This document shows positions 27,129 to 36,772 of a stretch of 58,943 bases of DNA, in pieces. How positions within the stretch are numbered: position 1 is the first letter of the stretch; the number at the start of each line of letters is the position of its first letter. A program made the translations under genes and the position numbers. The notes under the pieces are model-generated. The model saw only the letters and a program-made list of their open reading frames with translations, was not told the DNA's origin and did no database searches. Origin of the DNA: Bacteroidales bacterium (GTDB lineage Bacteria > Bacteroidota > Bacteroidia > Bacteroidales > VadinHA17); NCBI GenBank assembly GCA_030692905.1, contig JAUYBT010000144.1, positions 1-58,943 of the forward strand, read 5' to 3'.

Positions 27129-28445
27129 TCATCTTCTTCCTATTCCGAAGTATTTAAATCCCAGCCTCTTTAGTTCAGCAGGATCATAGATGTTTCTTCC
27201 ATCGAAAATAACTTTACATTTCATCAGATCAGCCATCCTGTTAAAATCAGGAAGGTGGAACTCGGACCATTCTGTCATCAAAGCCATTGCATCAACATTA
27301 ATTACTGCTTCGTAAGGATCGTTGGCGTATTCAATTTTATTGCCAACCTGTTTTTTTGCCTCATGCATTGCAGCGGGGTCGTAAGCCTTAACTTTTGCGC
27401 CGGCATGCAGAAGTTTCTCAATCAGTATGAGCGAAGAAGCTTCTCTGATATCATCCGTTTTAGGTTTGAACGATAATCCCCATATTCCGATTACTTTGTT
27501 TTTCAGATCATTATTAAAAAACTCAGACATCTTGTTGAAAATAACACTCTTCTGGTATTCGTTGGCTTTCTCAACAGCCTTAATTACATTGAGCTCGTAA
27601 CCATTGTCATGAGCTGTTTTAATTATTGCTTTTACATCCTTTGGGAAACAAGACCCCCCGTAACCGGAACCCGGGTAGATGAATTTACTGCCTATCCTTG
27701 AATCGCTGCCTATGCCTTTTCTTACATAGTTAATATCGGCTCCAAGAATATCGCAGAGGTTTGCTATTTCGTTAATAAAACTTATGCGTGTTGCAAGCAT
27801 GGCATTGGCCGCATATTTGGTGATCTCAGCAGAAGCAATATCCATGAACAGGATTGGATGATTATTCAGAACGAATGGCATATAAAGCCGCTTCATTATA
27901 TCACCGGCTTTTTCATTATCTATACCGATAACAATTCTTTCAGGTTTCAGAAAGTCTTCAACTGCAGCCCCCTCTTTAAGAAATTCAGGATTGGAAGCCA
28001 TATCGAAAGGAACAGAGACTTTTCGTTTATCGAGTTCATCCTGAATGGTCTTACGTATCTTTTCAGACGTCCCAACCGGCACTGTACTTTTAGTAACAAC
28101 TACGATATGTTTTGTTATTACATATCCTATCTCTTTTCCTACCGCCAGGACATGTTTCAGATCAGCAGATCCATCTTCACCGGGAGGCGTCCCCACTGCA
28201 ATAAAAATTACCTCCGAACCATCGATTCCCTCTTTTATATCTGTTGTAAAGAAAAGCCTTTTTTTTTCAACATTCCTTTTGATTATGCTTTCGAGTCCAG
28301 GTTCATAAATCGGGATAGTCCCGTCCTTCAGATGTTGTATTTTATCAGCATCAACATCAACACATGTAACATTAATGCCGCTCTCAGCGAAGCAGGCTCC
28401 AGTAACCAATCCAACATAACCTGATCCTACGACAACAATTTTCAT
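27129..28445 (-). CDS. ugd: UDP-glucose 6-dehydrogenase
   Basis: MKIVVVGSGYVGLVTGACFAESG start and a catalytic Cys region GYGGSCFPKD. 438 aa. Confidence 0.93.
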   Translation of the reverse strand: MKIVVVGSGYVGLVTGACFAESGINVTCVDVDADKIQHLKDGTIPIYEPGLESIIKRNVEKKRLFFTTDIKEGIDGSEVIFIAVGTPPGEDGSADLKHVLAVGKEIGYVITKHIVVVTKSTVPVGTSEKIRKTIQDELDKRKVSVPFDMASNPEFLKEGAAVEDFLKPERIVIGIDNEKAGDIMKRLYMPFVLNNHPILFMDIASAEITKYAANAMLATRISFINEIANLCDILGADINYVRKGIGSDSRIGSKFIYPGSGYGGSCFPKDVKAIIKTAHDNGYELNVIKAVEKANEYQKSVIFNKMSEFFNNDLKNKVIGIWGLSFKPKTDDIREASSLILIEKLLHAGAKVKAYDPAAMHEAKKQVGNKIEYANDPYEAVINVDAMALMTEWSEFHLPDFNRMADLMKCKVIFDGRNIYDPAELKRLGFKYFGIGRR

Positions 28446-28526
28446 AAATCCTGTAATATTTTGATTAAAACTACATCACTTGTGCAAAGATAATATAACA
28501 AGTCAAATACGGAAATGATTAAAAAG

Positions 28527-28609
28527 GCAACAGGCGACGGGCAACAGGCAACAGGAAATCTATAACACCTGACGCCTGACGCCTGTCGCCTGATACCTTT
28601 TGCCTGACG
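28527..28609. repeat. inverted pair of heptamer arrays forming a long imperfect hairpin in the ugd/rpsA divergent region
   Basis: Left arm GCAACAG GCGACGG GCAACAG GCAACAG (28527-28554). Right arm CCTGACG CCTGACG CCTGTCG CCTGATA CCTTTTG CCTGACG (28568-28609). The arms pair with about 5 of 7 positions per unit around the loop 28556-28567. Confidence 0.7.
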
Positions 28610-28664
28610 CCCGTTTAATCCCATGAAAATCTACTATATATTATGGCAATTTTAAAAAATATCA

Positions 28665-28672
28665 TATCTTTG
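28665..28672 (+). promoter_or_regulatory. -7-type promoter box upstream of rpsA
   Basis: TATCTTTG matches TAnnTTTG, 65 nt upstream of the rpsA ATG. The -33 element is weak. Confidence 0.4.
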
Positions 28673-28736
28673 CAACCGATTTTTCAAACAATATAATGTC
28701 TAACTTATTAATTATTAGTTCTTTTAAATTAAAATC

Positions 28737-30851
28737 ATGACTGAAAGTAAGAAAAAAACAACCACAAAAGAGGTTGTAGAAAAAAGTGAAGCCCATGTAA
28801 AACAAGCAAAAAAAGTAAAGGCTAAAGAGACCAAAGAAAATCAGGAAGTTGAGACTAAAACCTTAGCTTCAGAAGAGGTTGCAACTGTTGTAGCAGAAGA
28901 GCCCCAAAAAGTGGAAGAAGCTATTGAACCAGTAAAGGCTGAAGTTGTTGAAGATGAATCAGAAGTTCAGAAAGAAAAACGGCATTCGAAAACTAAAATT
29001 GAACCTGAACCTGAACCTGTAAAGGAAATTAAAGTAAAAGCTGAAACCAGAAGTGCTGCATCAGCTGAAGATTTTGACTGGGGTGCCTTTGAAAGTGAAG
29101 AACTGCGTTCATCACCAAAGTACAAGGAATATGAATCCCTCTATGATGAGACTCTTTCAACTGTTGCAGTTGATGAAGTTGTAATTGGAACAGTAATTCA
29201 GATGACATCGCGTGAGGTTGTCATCAATATCGGATACAAATCGGAAGGTGTTGTCAGTTTAAATGAGTTCCGTTATAATCCTAATCTGAAAGTCGGTGAT
29301 AAGGTTGAGGTTTATGTTGAAAGTCAGGAAGATAAAAAAGGACAACTTCTTCTTTCTCATAAAAAAGCCCGTGCAATTAATTCATGGGATCGGGTTAATG
29401 CATCACTTGAAAAAGATGAGATTATTACCGGTTACATCAAGTGCCGGACCAAAGGCGGTATGATCGTTGATGTTTTTGGTATCGAAGCTTTCCTTCCGGG
29501 ATCGCAGATCGATGTCAAACCAATTCGCGATTATGATGTCTTCGTAGGTAAAACAATGGAATTCAAGGTTGTAAAGATCAACCAGGAATTCAAGAACGTT
29601 GTTGTATCTCACAAAGCTCTTATCGAAGCTGAACTTGAACAGCAGAAGAAAGAGATCATTGCCAAACTTGAAAAAGGACAGGTTCTTGAAGGAACCGTTA
29701 AAAATATTACATCGTATGGTGTGTTCATCGACCTTGGCGGTGTTGATGGGCTTATTCACATTACAGACCTCTCATGGGGAAGAGTAAATCACCCTGAAGA
29801 GATTGTAAAGCTCGATCAGAAACTCAATGTGGTTATCCTCGATTTCGATGATGACAAGAAGAGAATCGCTCTTGGTCTGAAGCAGCTCACTTCTCATCCA
29901 TGGGATTCTGTTGATCCAAATATGAATATTGGTGATAAGGTCAAAGGAAAAGTAGTTGTTATGGCTGACTATGGTGCATTTGTTGAAATTGCACCCGGCG
30001 TTGAAGGTCTGATACACGTGTCGGAAATGTCATGGTCACAGCATCTGCGCAGTGCACAGGAGTTTCTGAAAGTTGGTGACGAAATTGAAGCCGTAATTCT
30101 GACACTCGACAGGAATGAAAGAAAGATGTCACTTGGTATCAAACAGCTCAAATCTGACCCATGGCAGAATATTGATGAAAAATATGCAGTTGGTGCAAAG
30201 CATACAGCCAAAGTCAGAAACTTTACCAACTTCGGTGTTTTTGTTGAAATTGAAGAGGGTGTTGACGGACTGATACATATTTCTGATTTGTCGTGGACAA
30301 AAAAAATCAAGCATCCTGCCGAATTCACAGCTATTGATGCACAGATTGAGGTAGTTGTTCTTGAAATTGATAAAGAAAACAGACGACTCAGCCTTGGTCA
30401 CAAGCAACTTGAAGAGAATCCATGGGATGTCTTCGAGAATCTTTTTATTCTCGACTCTGTTCATGAAGGTACAGTTGTAGAAGTGTTCGATAAAGGTGCT
30501 GTAATAGCTCTTCCTTACGGTGTTGAAGGATTTGTTACTCCGAAACATCTTGTTAAAGAGGATGGAATGATCGCTAAAGTTGACGAAAAATTATTATTCA
30601 AGGTGATTGAATTTAATAAGTCAGCTAAAAAAATCATCCTTTCACACAGCAGGGTTTTTGAAGACGAAAAGAAAGCAGCCGAAGCTCCTGTGAAGAAATC
30701 AGAAACAGGAACAAGAACAACAAGGAAAACAACTAAGAAACCGAAGGCAAGTTCTGAAAAAACAACCCTTGGTGATATATCACAACTTGCGGCTTTGAAA
30801 GAAGAAATGGAAGAAAAAGAGAATAAAGCTTCCAAGAAACAGAAAAATTAG
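28737..30851 (+). CDS. rpsA: 30S ribosomal protein S1 with a K/E-rich N-terminal extension
   Basis: Six S1/OB repeats (e.g. GTVIQMTSREVVINIGYKSEGVV, GTVKNITSYGVFIDLGGVDGLIHITD). The conserved N-terminal block EDFDWGAFE begins only at about residue 110. Confidence 0.93.
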   Translation: MTESKKKTTTKEVVEKSEAHVKQAKKVKAKETKENQEVETKTLASEEVATVVAEEPQKVEEAIEPVKAEVVEDESEVQKEKRHSKTKIEPEPEPVKEIKVKAETRSAASAEDFDWGAFESEELRSSPKYKEYESLYDETLSTVAVDEVVIGTVIQMTSREVVINIGYKSEGVVSLNEFRYNPNLKVGDKVEVYVESQEDKKGQLLLSHKKARAINSWDRVNASLEKDEIITGYIKCRTKGGMIVDVFGIEAFLPGSQIDVKPIRDYDVFVGKTMEFKVVKINQEFKNVVVSHKALIEAELEQQKKEIIAKLEKGQVLEGTVKNITSYGVFIDLGGVDGLIHITDLSWGRVNHPEEIVKLDQKLNVVILDFDDDKKRIALGLKQLTSHPWDSVDPNMNIGDKVKGKVVVMADYGAFVEIAPGVEGLIHVSEMSWSQHLRSAQEFLKVGDEIEAVILTLDRNERKMSLGIKQLKSDPWQNIDEKYAVGAKHTAKVRNFTNFGVFVEIEEGVDGLIHISDLSWTKKIKHPAEFTAIDAQIEVVVLEIDKENRRLSLGHKQLEENPWDVFENLFILDSVHEGTVVEVFDKGAVIALPYGVEGFVTPKHLVKEDGMIAKVDEKLLFKVIEFNKSAKKIILSHSRVFEDEKKAAEAPVKKSETGTRTTRKTTKKPKASSEKTTLGDISQLAALKEEMEEKENKASKKQKN

Positions 30852-30880
30852 TTAAATTTAGGCTATCAAAATTTATCACT

Positions 30881-31219
30881 ATGGATTTCAATATTGAGAG
30901 CCGGAATAACAGCACTGTTATTCAGATACAGTCAGAAAAGCTTGACACGCACATAGCTCCGGCACTTAAGTCGGAACTTGTGCTTGTTTCAGGCAAGGGT
31001 GAAAAGAATATCATCCTTGATCTTGAAAAATGTCAGTACTGCGACTCCTCTGGTCTGAGTGCTATATTGGTAGCCAACAGATTATGTAAAAATGCCGGTG
31101 GTACATTCGTTCTTTGCGGTCTTAATGAGGCCGTAGAACGACTTATCACTATTTCTCAGCTCGATACCGTCCTTACAATAACAGGATCGGTTACTGATGC
31201 TGAAAAAATAATATCTTAA
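30881..31219 (+). CDS. STAS-domain anti-sigma-factor antagonist (SpoIIAA-like)
   Basis: 112 aa. YCDSSGLSAILVA carries the conserved phosphorylatable Ser context. Confidence 0.8.
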   Translation: MDFNIESRNNSTVIQIQSEKLDTHIAPALKSELVLVSGKGEKNIILDLEKCQYCDSSGLSAILVANRLCKNAGGTFVLCGLNEAVERLITISQLDTVLTITGSVTDAEKIIS

Positions 31220-31242
31220 AGCAGATCGCTTTGCAGAGTGCT

Positions 31243-32166
31243 ATGAAACTGACCATACTTGGTAGTAGTTCTGCATTGCCGACATCAGAAAGATATCCAT
31301 CCGCTCATGTGCTCAATGCACATGAGCGTTTATTTTTGATAGACTGTGGCGAAGGTACACAGATGCAACTCAGGAAAAACAGGATAAGGTTCGGAAAAAT
31401 AAACCATATCTTCATAAGCCATCTTCACGGCGACCATGTTTTCGGACTATATGGATTATTATCAACCTTCAGCCTGATGGGAAGGGAAAATCCGGTTCAC
31501 CTTTATGCTCCTGAAAACTACCGGCACATTCTTAATTCACATCTGAACGATTTTGATATTCATCTTAGTTATGAAATTGATTTTATACCTCTTTCAGGGA
31601 AAGATCATGTTCAGATTCTTGATGATAAATATATTACGGTAACCTCGTTCCCTCTGGAACACAGGGTTCCCGCTTTCGGATTCCTTTTCAGGGAAAAAAA
31701 ATCTGAGCGGAATGTTATCAAAGAATGTATTTCAAAATATCAGATTCCTCCGGTCAGAATACCAGCTATCAAAAAAGGCGAAGACTTTATTACTCCTGAT
31801 GGAGTTATTATAAAAAATGAAGATATCACTCTTCCCCCGCAGGAACCTTTGTCTTATGCCTACTGCAGCGATACTAAATACTTCAAACGGCTGGCATCGT
31901 TCGTGAAAGGGGTTAGCCTGCTTTACCACGAAGCTACATTCGATAAAAGTAAAGAAGAACTTGCCAGAGTGACGGGACACTCAACAACTCTTGAGGCCGC
32001 AAGAACTGCTTTGGATGCTGATGCCGGGACACTCCTTATCGGCCATTTCTCAGCCCGATACAGGGATATCTCATTCCTCGTTGAGGAGGCAAGAACCATA
32101 TTCCCGCAAACATTCCCTGCAATCGATGGAAAGAGTTTTAAGGTCGGAGATATTAATAATCCTTAA
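31243..32166 (+). CDS. rnz: ribonuclease Z
   Basis: MKLTILGSSSALPT start and metallo-beta-lactamase motif ISHLHGDHVFGL. The track ORF starts at a TTG at 31231. Confidence 0.9.
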   Translation: MKLTILGSSSALPTSERYPSAHVLNAHERLFLIDCGEGTQMQLRKNRIRFGKINHIFISHLHGDHVFGLYGLLSTFSLMGRENPVHLYAPENYRHILNSHLNDFDIHLSYEIDFIPLSGKDHVQILDDKYITVTSFPLEHRVPAFGFLFREKKSERNVIKECISKYQIPPVRIPAIKKGEDFITPDGVIIKNEDITLPPQEPLSYAYCSDTKYFKRLASFVKGVSLLYHEATFDKSKEELARVTGHSTTLEAARTALDADAGTLLIGHFSARYRDISFLVEEARTIFPQTFPAIDGKSFKVGDINNP

Positions 32167-32213
32167 GAAAAGAATATCTATCTTTGAAACCATTAAAATA
32201 AAACAACAGAGTT

Positions 32214-33743
32214 TTGCAGGAAAAAATTTTAATACTCGATTTCGGATCTCAATATACTCAGTTGATAGCCAGGAGAATAAGGGAAATAAATGTATATTGC
32301 GAAATACATCCATTTAACCATTTTCCTGTTCCTGATGAGAGTGTTAAGGGGGTAATTTTGTCAGGAAGTCCATCTTCTGTCCGGGACAAAAATGCACCAA
32401 CTCCTGACCTTTCGAAGATAAAGGGAATTATCCCTTTGCTTGGTGTTTGTTACGGAGCACAGCATCTTGTTCATAATTTTGGAGGAGAGGTCTTGCATTC
32501 AAGTACCCGCGAGTATGGCAGAGCTAATCTTGTTTCTGTAAACAGCAACGATCCGCTTTTTACAAATATTAAACAAGGAACCCAGGTCTGGATGTCGCAT
32601 GCAGATACTATTGCCAGTATCCCGGAAGGTTATGAAATTACAGGCTCAACAGCAGACGTCAAGGCAGGGGCATATCATATAAAGGGTGAAAGTACCTGGG
32701 GAATCCAGTTCCATCCCGAGGTATATCATACCACAGAAGGAACTCAGATGCTTAAGAATTTTGTAGTTGGTATTTGTGCATGTTTGCAGAACTGGACTCC
32801 CGATTCCTTTGCAGAATCAACTGTTATTAACCTTAAAAAGCAGTTGGGTGATGATAAAGTGATTCTGGGTCTCTCGGGTGGTGTTGACTCTTCAGTGGCA
32901 GCATCTCTGCTTAACAAGGCAATCGGTAAAAATCTTACCTGCATTTTTGTCGATAACGGATTGCTCAGGAAGAATGAATTTAATAAAGTTCTGGAATCAT
33001 ATATCGGACTGGGTCTCAATGTTGTGGGTGTTGAAGCAGGCAACAGGTTCCTCGATCATCTCGAGGGAGTGAGTGATCCGGAGACGAAACGAAAGATTAT
33101 CGGCCGTGTTTTTATTGAGGTGTTTGATGAGGAGGCAAGAAAAGTTAAGGACGTTAAATGGCTGGCACAGGGAACAATTTACCCCGATGTTATTGAATCT
33201 GTTTCAGTTAACGGCCCATCAGCAACAATCAAGTCACATCATAATGTAGGAGGACTTCCCAAAAAAATGCACCTGAAAGTTGTGGAACCTCTTTGTCTTC
33301 TTTTTAAAGATGAAGTGAGGAGAGTAGGGCATGCTCTCGGGCTTCCTGATTATATACTAAAACGGCACCCTTTCCCGGGCCCCGGATTAGCTATACGATT
33401 ACTCGGGAAAATGACAAGAGAAAAACTTGAGATACTTAAGGAGGCTGATGATATTTTCATTGAAGGCCTGAAAAAACATGGATTGTATGATTCTGTCTGG
33501 CAGGCCGCGGTGATACTTCTTCCGGTTCAGTCAGTAGGGGTTATGGGCGATGAACGAACTTATGAAAATGCCGTAGTGCTCAGAGCTGTGGGTTCAACCG
33601 ACGGTATGACAGCCGACTGGTCGCATCTTCCATACGAATTCCTGGGTTTAATTTCAAATGAAATAATTAACAAGGTAAAAGGAATTAACAGGGTCGTTTA
33701 TGATATAAGCTCAAAACCACCATCAACAATAGAATGGGAATAA
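32214..33743 (+). CDS. guaA: GMP synthase (glutamine-hydrolysing)
   Basis: [20 protein letters not shown], a GATase Cys in [10 protein letters not shown]-loop [10 protein letters not shown], and C-terminal [11 protein letters not shown] start. Confidence 0.95.
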   Translation: MQEKILILDFGSQYTQLIARRIREINVYCEIHPFNHFPVPDESVKGVILSGSPSSVRDKNAPTPDLSKIKGIIPLLGVCYGAQHLVHNFGGEVLHSSTREYGRANLVSVNSNDPLFTNIKQGTQVWMSHADTIASIPEGYEITGSTADVKAGAYHIKGESTWGIQFHPEVYHTTEGTQMLKNFVVGICACLQNWTPDSFAESTVINLKKQLGDDKVILGLSGGVDSSVAASLLNKAIGKNLTCIFVDNGLLRKNEFNKVLESYIGLGLNVVGVEAGNRFLDHLEGVSDPETKRKIIGRVFIEVFDEEARKVKDVKWLAQGTIYPDVIESVSVNGPSATIKSHHNVGGLPKKMHLKVVEPLCLLFKDEVRRVGHALGLPDYILKRHPFPGPGLAIRLLGKMTREKLEILKEADDIFIEGLKKHGLYDSVWQAAVILLPVQSVGVMGDERTYENAVVLRAVGSTDGMTADWSHLPYEFLGLISNEIINKVKGINRVVYDISSKPPSTIEWE

Positions 33744-33747
33744 TCTT

Positions 33748-33831
33748 AAGATAAAAGACAAAAGACAAAAGACAAAAGACAAAAGACAAAAGATAAAAGT
33801 AAACGTAAAAAGTAAGTAGTAAGTAGTAGGG
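33748..33831. repeat. twelve in-phase heptamer units immediately after the guaA stop
   Basis: AAGATAA, AAGACAA x5, AAGATAA, AAGTAAA, CGTAAAA, AGTAAGT x2, AGTAGGG. The phase is unbroken over 84 nt, and the guaA stop is at 33741-33743. Confidence 0.85.
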
Positions 33832-33837
33832 AGAATT

Positions 33838-33864
33838 CCCCCTCTTTACGAAGTAGAGAGGGGG
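33838..33864. repeat. GC-rich hairpin following the heptamer tract
   Basis: CCCCCTCTTTAC-GAA-GTAGAGAGGGGG, a 12-bp stem including one G.U. Confidence 0.6.
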
Positions 33865-33982
33865 CGAGGGGGTGAGTTCGTGCGGATATAAGAGCAGGCG
33901 AGGTTGTAAATTTATGGGGATTCACAAAAAATTTTCGGGGAGATTAATTATTGAAATAGAATATAGTATTGAAAATCAGATT

Positions 33983-35587
33983 ATGAAGAGAAAAACATCA
34001 TGCAGGATGGTCCTGCTAATCACATTATTTCTGATTGCATTATCTGCCTCATCGCAGGTATTGAATGAAGGTACTTATAAGATCGGCAGAACCTTTGGCC
34101 TGATTGATGCCTTTTATGTTGATTCAGCCGACTTGGACAAGCTTGCTGAAAAAGCTATAATTGAGATACTGAAAAATCTTGACCCGCATTCGACATACAT
34201 CTCCGCAAAAGATGTTAAAGAAATGAATGAACCTCTTAATGGCAATTTTGAAGGAATTGGAATTCAGTTTAATTTGTTGCGCGACTCGATAATTATAATT
34301 GAACCTATTGCAGGAGGGCCCTCGGAAAAAGTCGGACTCAGGGCAGGGGACAGGATCTTAACTATTAACCAGGAGAAAGTCACCGGGATAGGGATTTCTA
34401 CAACCGGTGTTCGCAGCAGGTTGATGGGAGCGAAAGGTACTAAGGTAAATATCACTGTATTCAGAAGAGGAGAAAAGGATATCCTCGATTTTACTATCAT
34501 ACGTGATAAAATACCGATAAACAGTCTTGATGCCTCGTACATGCTAGATAAAGAAACCGGATATATAAAACTGAATAAATTTGCCGCAACAACCGAAAAA
34601 GAGTTTTCAGACGCAGTTGCTGTTCTGAAAAAGAGCAACATGAAAAACCTGGTTCTTGATTTACGGGGGAACGGCGGAGGTTATATGCTGGCTGCAACTA
34701 CGATAGCTGATAAATTTTTTTCTGATCAGAAGCTGCTTGTTTATCTCTCAGGGAGAAAAACCCCGCGACAGGACTATAAATCTTCAGGCATCGGGAGCTT
34801 ATCATCGGCAAGAGTTGTTGTTCTCACCGATGAGGGATCAGCATCAGCCAGCGAGATTCTGGCCGGAGCTCTCCAGGATTGGGACCGCGGAGTTATTCTG
34901 GGCAGGCGGACTTTCGGTAAAGGACTGGTTCAGAACGGATTTAATCTTACCGATGGTTCAATGATAAGACTGACAATAGCAAGGTACTACACCCCTTCAG
35001 GCAGGTCGATACAAAGTTCATACAACGAAGGGTATGACAAATACATGGAGAATTTTCTTAAAAGATTCACCCTCCATGGCGAAATGATGACAGCCGATAG
35101 CACTCATTTTCTTGATTCTCTGAAATCTAAAACATTGGTTAACAAACGGGTAGTATACGGGGGCGGTGGAATAATGCCTGATGTTTTCGTGGCCGCAGAT
35201 ACAACATATAACACTGCTTACTTTAGCAGACTTAACGGAAAAAATGTTCTTAGTTCCTTTACCGTCGAATACTACGATAAAAACAGGTTGAAACTCAACT
35301 CACAATATAAATCTTTTGATGAGTTTAAGAACGAGTTTCAGTTTAGTCCTGATGATATTAAGACCTTCATTGCGAAAGGAGAAGCTGAGGGAGTTAAATA
35401 TAATGAAGATCAGTTCAACAAATCGAAGGATGAAATCCTATTGGTATTAAAGGGGCTTGTAGCAACCAATATATGGCAGCCAAGCGAATATTTTCAGATC
35501 ATAAATGAAAACGATAAGGTTATTGAAAAAGCACTGAACGTTATTTCAGATAAAAAGAGCTATAATACTATACTCGGAAACCAATAA
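33983..35587 (+). CDS. ctp: S41-family C-terminal processing peptidase
   Basis: Signal/TM segment MKRKTSCRMVLLITLFLIALSASSQ, PDZ region GGPSEKVGLRAGDRILTIN, and a Ser nucleophile region DEGSASASEILAGALQD. The track GTG start at 33872 is probably too far upstream. Confidence 0.88.
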   Translation: MKRKTSCRMVLLITLFLIALSASSQVLNEGTYKIGRTFGLIDAFYVDSADLDKLAEKAIIEILKNLDPHSTYISAKDVKEMNEPLNGNFEGIGIQFNLLRDSIIIIEPIAGGPSEKVGLRAGDRILTINQEKVTGIGISTTGVRSRLMGAKGTKVNITVFRRGEKDILDFTIIRDKIPINSLDASYMLDKETGYIKLNKFAATTEKEFSDAVAVLKKSNMKNLVLDLRGNGGGYMLAATTIADKFFSDQKLLVYLSGRKTPRQDYKSSGIGSLSSARVVVLTDEGSASASEILAGALQDWDRGVILGRRTFGKGLVQNGFNLTDGSMIRLTIARYYTPSGRSIQSSYNEGYDKYMENFLKRFTLHGEMMTADSTHFLDSLKSKTLVNKRVVYGGGGIMPDVFVAADTTYNTAYFSRLNGKNVLSSFTVEYYDKNRLKLNSQYKSFDEFKNEFQFSPDDIKTFIAKGEAEGVKYNEDQFNKSKDEILLVLKGLVATNIWQPSEYFQIINENDKVIEKALNVISDKKSYNTILGNQ

Positions 35588-35605
35588 TCCCGGGTCAAAA
35601 ATATC

Positions 35606-36760
35606 ATGATGAAATTTGTTGCAAAAACTCTTTACGGACTAGAGAAAGTTCTTGCTGAAGAGCTTATTGGTCTCGGCGCTGCTGATGTACAGGCAGTAAA
35701 CCGTGCAGTACTGTTTAAAGGTGATAAGGAGCTGTTGTACAGGGTAAATTACTGCTCAAGAACAGCCTTATCGGTACTGATGCCTGTTGCTGATTTCAGG
35801 ATAAAGTCAAAAGATGATCTGTATAATGGCGGATCGAAGGTTGAATGGGATAGATTCATGGATGCTGATGACACATTTTCCATTGTTCCGGTAATTAATT
35901 CACCACACTTCGGTCATACAGGCTATGCAGGGCTTATTCTTAAAGATGCCATTGCCGATTATTTCAGAAAAAAAACAGGAAGACGCCCTTCAGTTGATAC
36001 CAGTGATCCAAGGATACTTATTAATCTTCATATAAGCAATGATCTTGTAACCATATCAATTGATTCTTCGGTAATACCCTTGTTCAAACGCGGTTACCGG
36101 CAGGAGCAGGCTGTAGCCCCGCTTAATGAGGTACTTGCCGCGGGGATACTTCTGCTGTCGGGATGGAAGGCTTCAGCAACTTTGACTGATCCGATGTGCG
36201 GATCAGGAACAATACCAATTGAGGCAGGATTGATAGCATGTAAGATTCCTCCGGGGAAATTCCGTAAATTTTTTGGATTTCAAAGATGGAAAGATTTCGA
36301 TGAGGAATTATTCGAAAAGATCAAACGCGGGTATGACAACCAGATTGGACTTTCTCCTGTTAAAATTTTTGGAAGTGATATCTCGGAACAGGCAGCTCTT
36401 CAGGCAAAAGCAAATGTTGCCCGATCCGGATTAAGCGATGTTGTGTCTATTAAAGTATCTGATTTTAAGGATCTTAAGGCCATTGATAATCAGGGTTTCT
36501 TGTTTTTGAACCCACCTTACGGACAAAGACTTCAACCTGATGAAATTGACTTGCTTTACAGTATGATTGGAACAACACTTAAGCACAACTTTCCCGGAAC
36601 TACAGCCTGGTTAATTACTTCCAACAAAGAATCCCTAAAAAAAGTTGGATTAAAGCCTAAGGAAAAACACACTCTTTTCAACGGCGCATTGGAATGTATT
36701 CTCTTAAAATATGAGATGTACGAGGGAACTAAGAAACCGGTGAAGAGTGATCTTATTTAA
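35606..36760 (+). CDS. THUMP-domain class I SAM-dependent RNA methyltransferase (RlmL/K-like)
   Basis: N-terminal THUMP-like region, DPMCGSGTIPIEA SAM motif, and FLFLNPPYGQRL catalytic motif. Confidence 0.85.
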   Translation: MMKFVAKTLYGLEKVLAEELIGLGAADVQAVNRAVLFKGDKELLYRVNYCSRTALSVLMPVADFRIKSKDDLYNGGSKVEWDRFMDADDTFSIVPVINSPHFGHTGYAGLILKDAIADYFRKKTGRRPSVDTSDPRILINLHISNDLVTISIDSSVIPLFKRGYRQEQAVAPLNEVLAAGILLLSGWKASATLTDPMCGSGTIPIEAGLIACKIPPGKFRKFFGFQRWKDFDEELFEKIKRGYDNQIGLSPVKIFGSDISEQAALQAKANVARSGLSDVVSIKVSDFKDLKAIDNQGFLFLNPPYGQRLQPDEIDLLYSMIGTTLKHNFPGTTAWLITSNKESLKKVGLKPKEKHTLFNGALECILLKYEMYEGTKKPVKSDLI

Positions 36761-36772
36761 AATGAAGCTTAA

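Noticed and set aside
27858-28424. 188-aa plus-strand ORF, plus other long antisense ORFs (43086..43655, 29403..30548 series, 9015..9392, 34264..34641, 44758..45153, 16688..17080, 52160..55945 series).
   Set aside because: Each is fully embedded antisense, or out of frame, in a gene with clear family motifs. They are I/F/N/K-rich shadow ORFs expected in AT-rich coding DNA.
28442-28624. 60-aa minus-strand ORF (MGLNGRQAKGIRRQASGVRCYRFPVACCPSPVA...).
   Set aside because: It is a translation of the inverted heptamer tracts at 28527-28609 and overlaps the ugd start. The repetitive peptide reflects the DNA repeat, not a protein.
6290-33870. Checked whether the short tandem tracts or the AT-rich gap (20278-21375) could be CRISPR arrays.
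   Set aside because: Repeat units are 7-15 nt and directly abutting, with no 24-48-nt repeats separated by unique spacers. No cas genes are present in the window.
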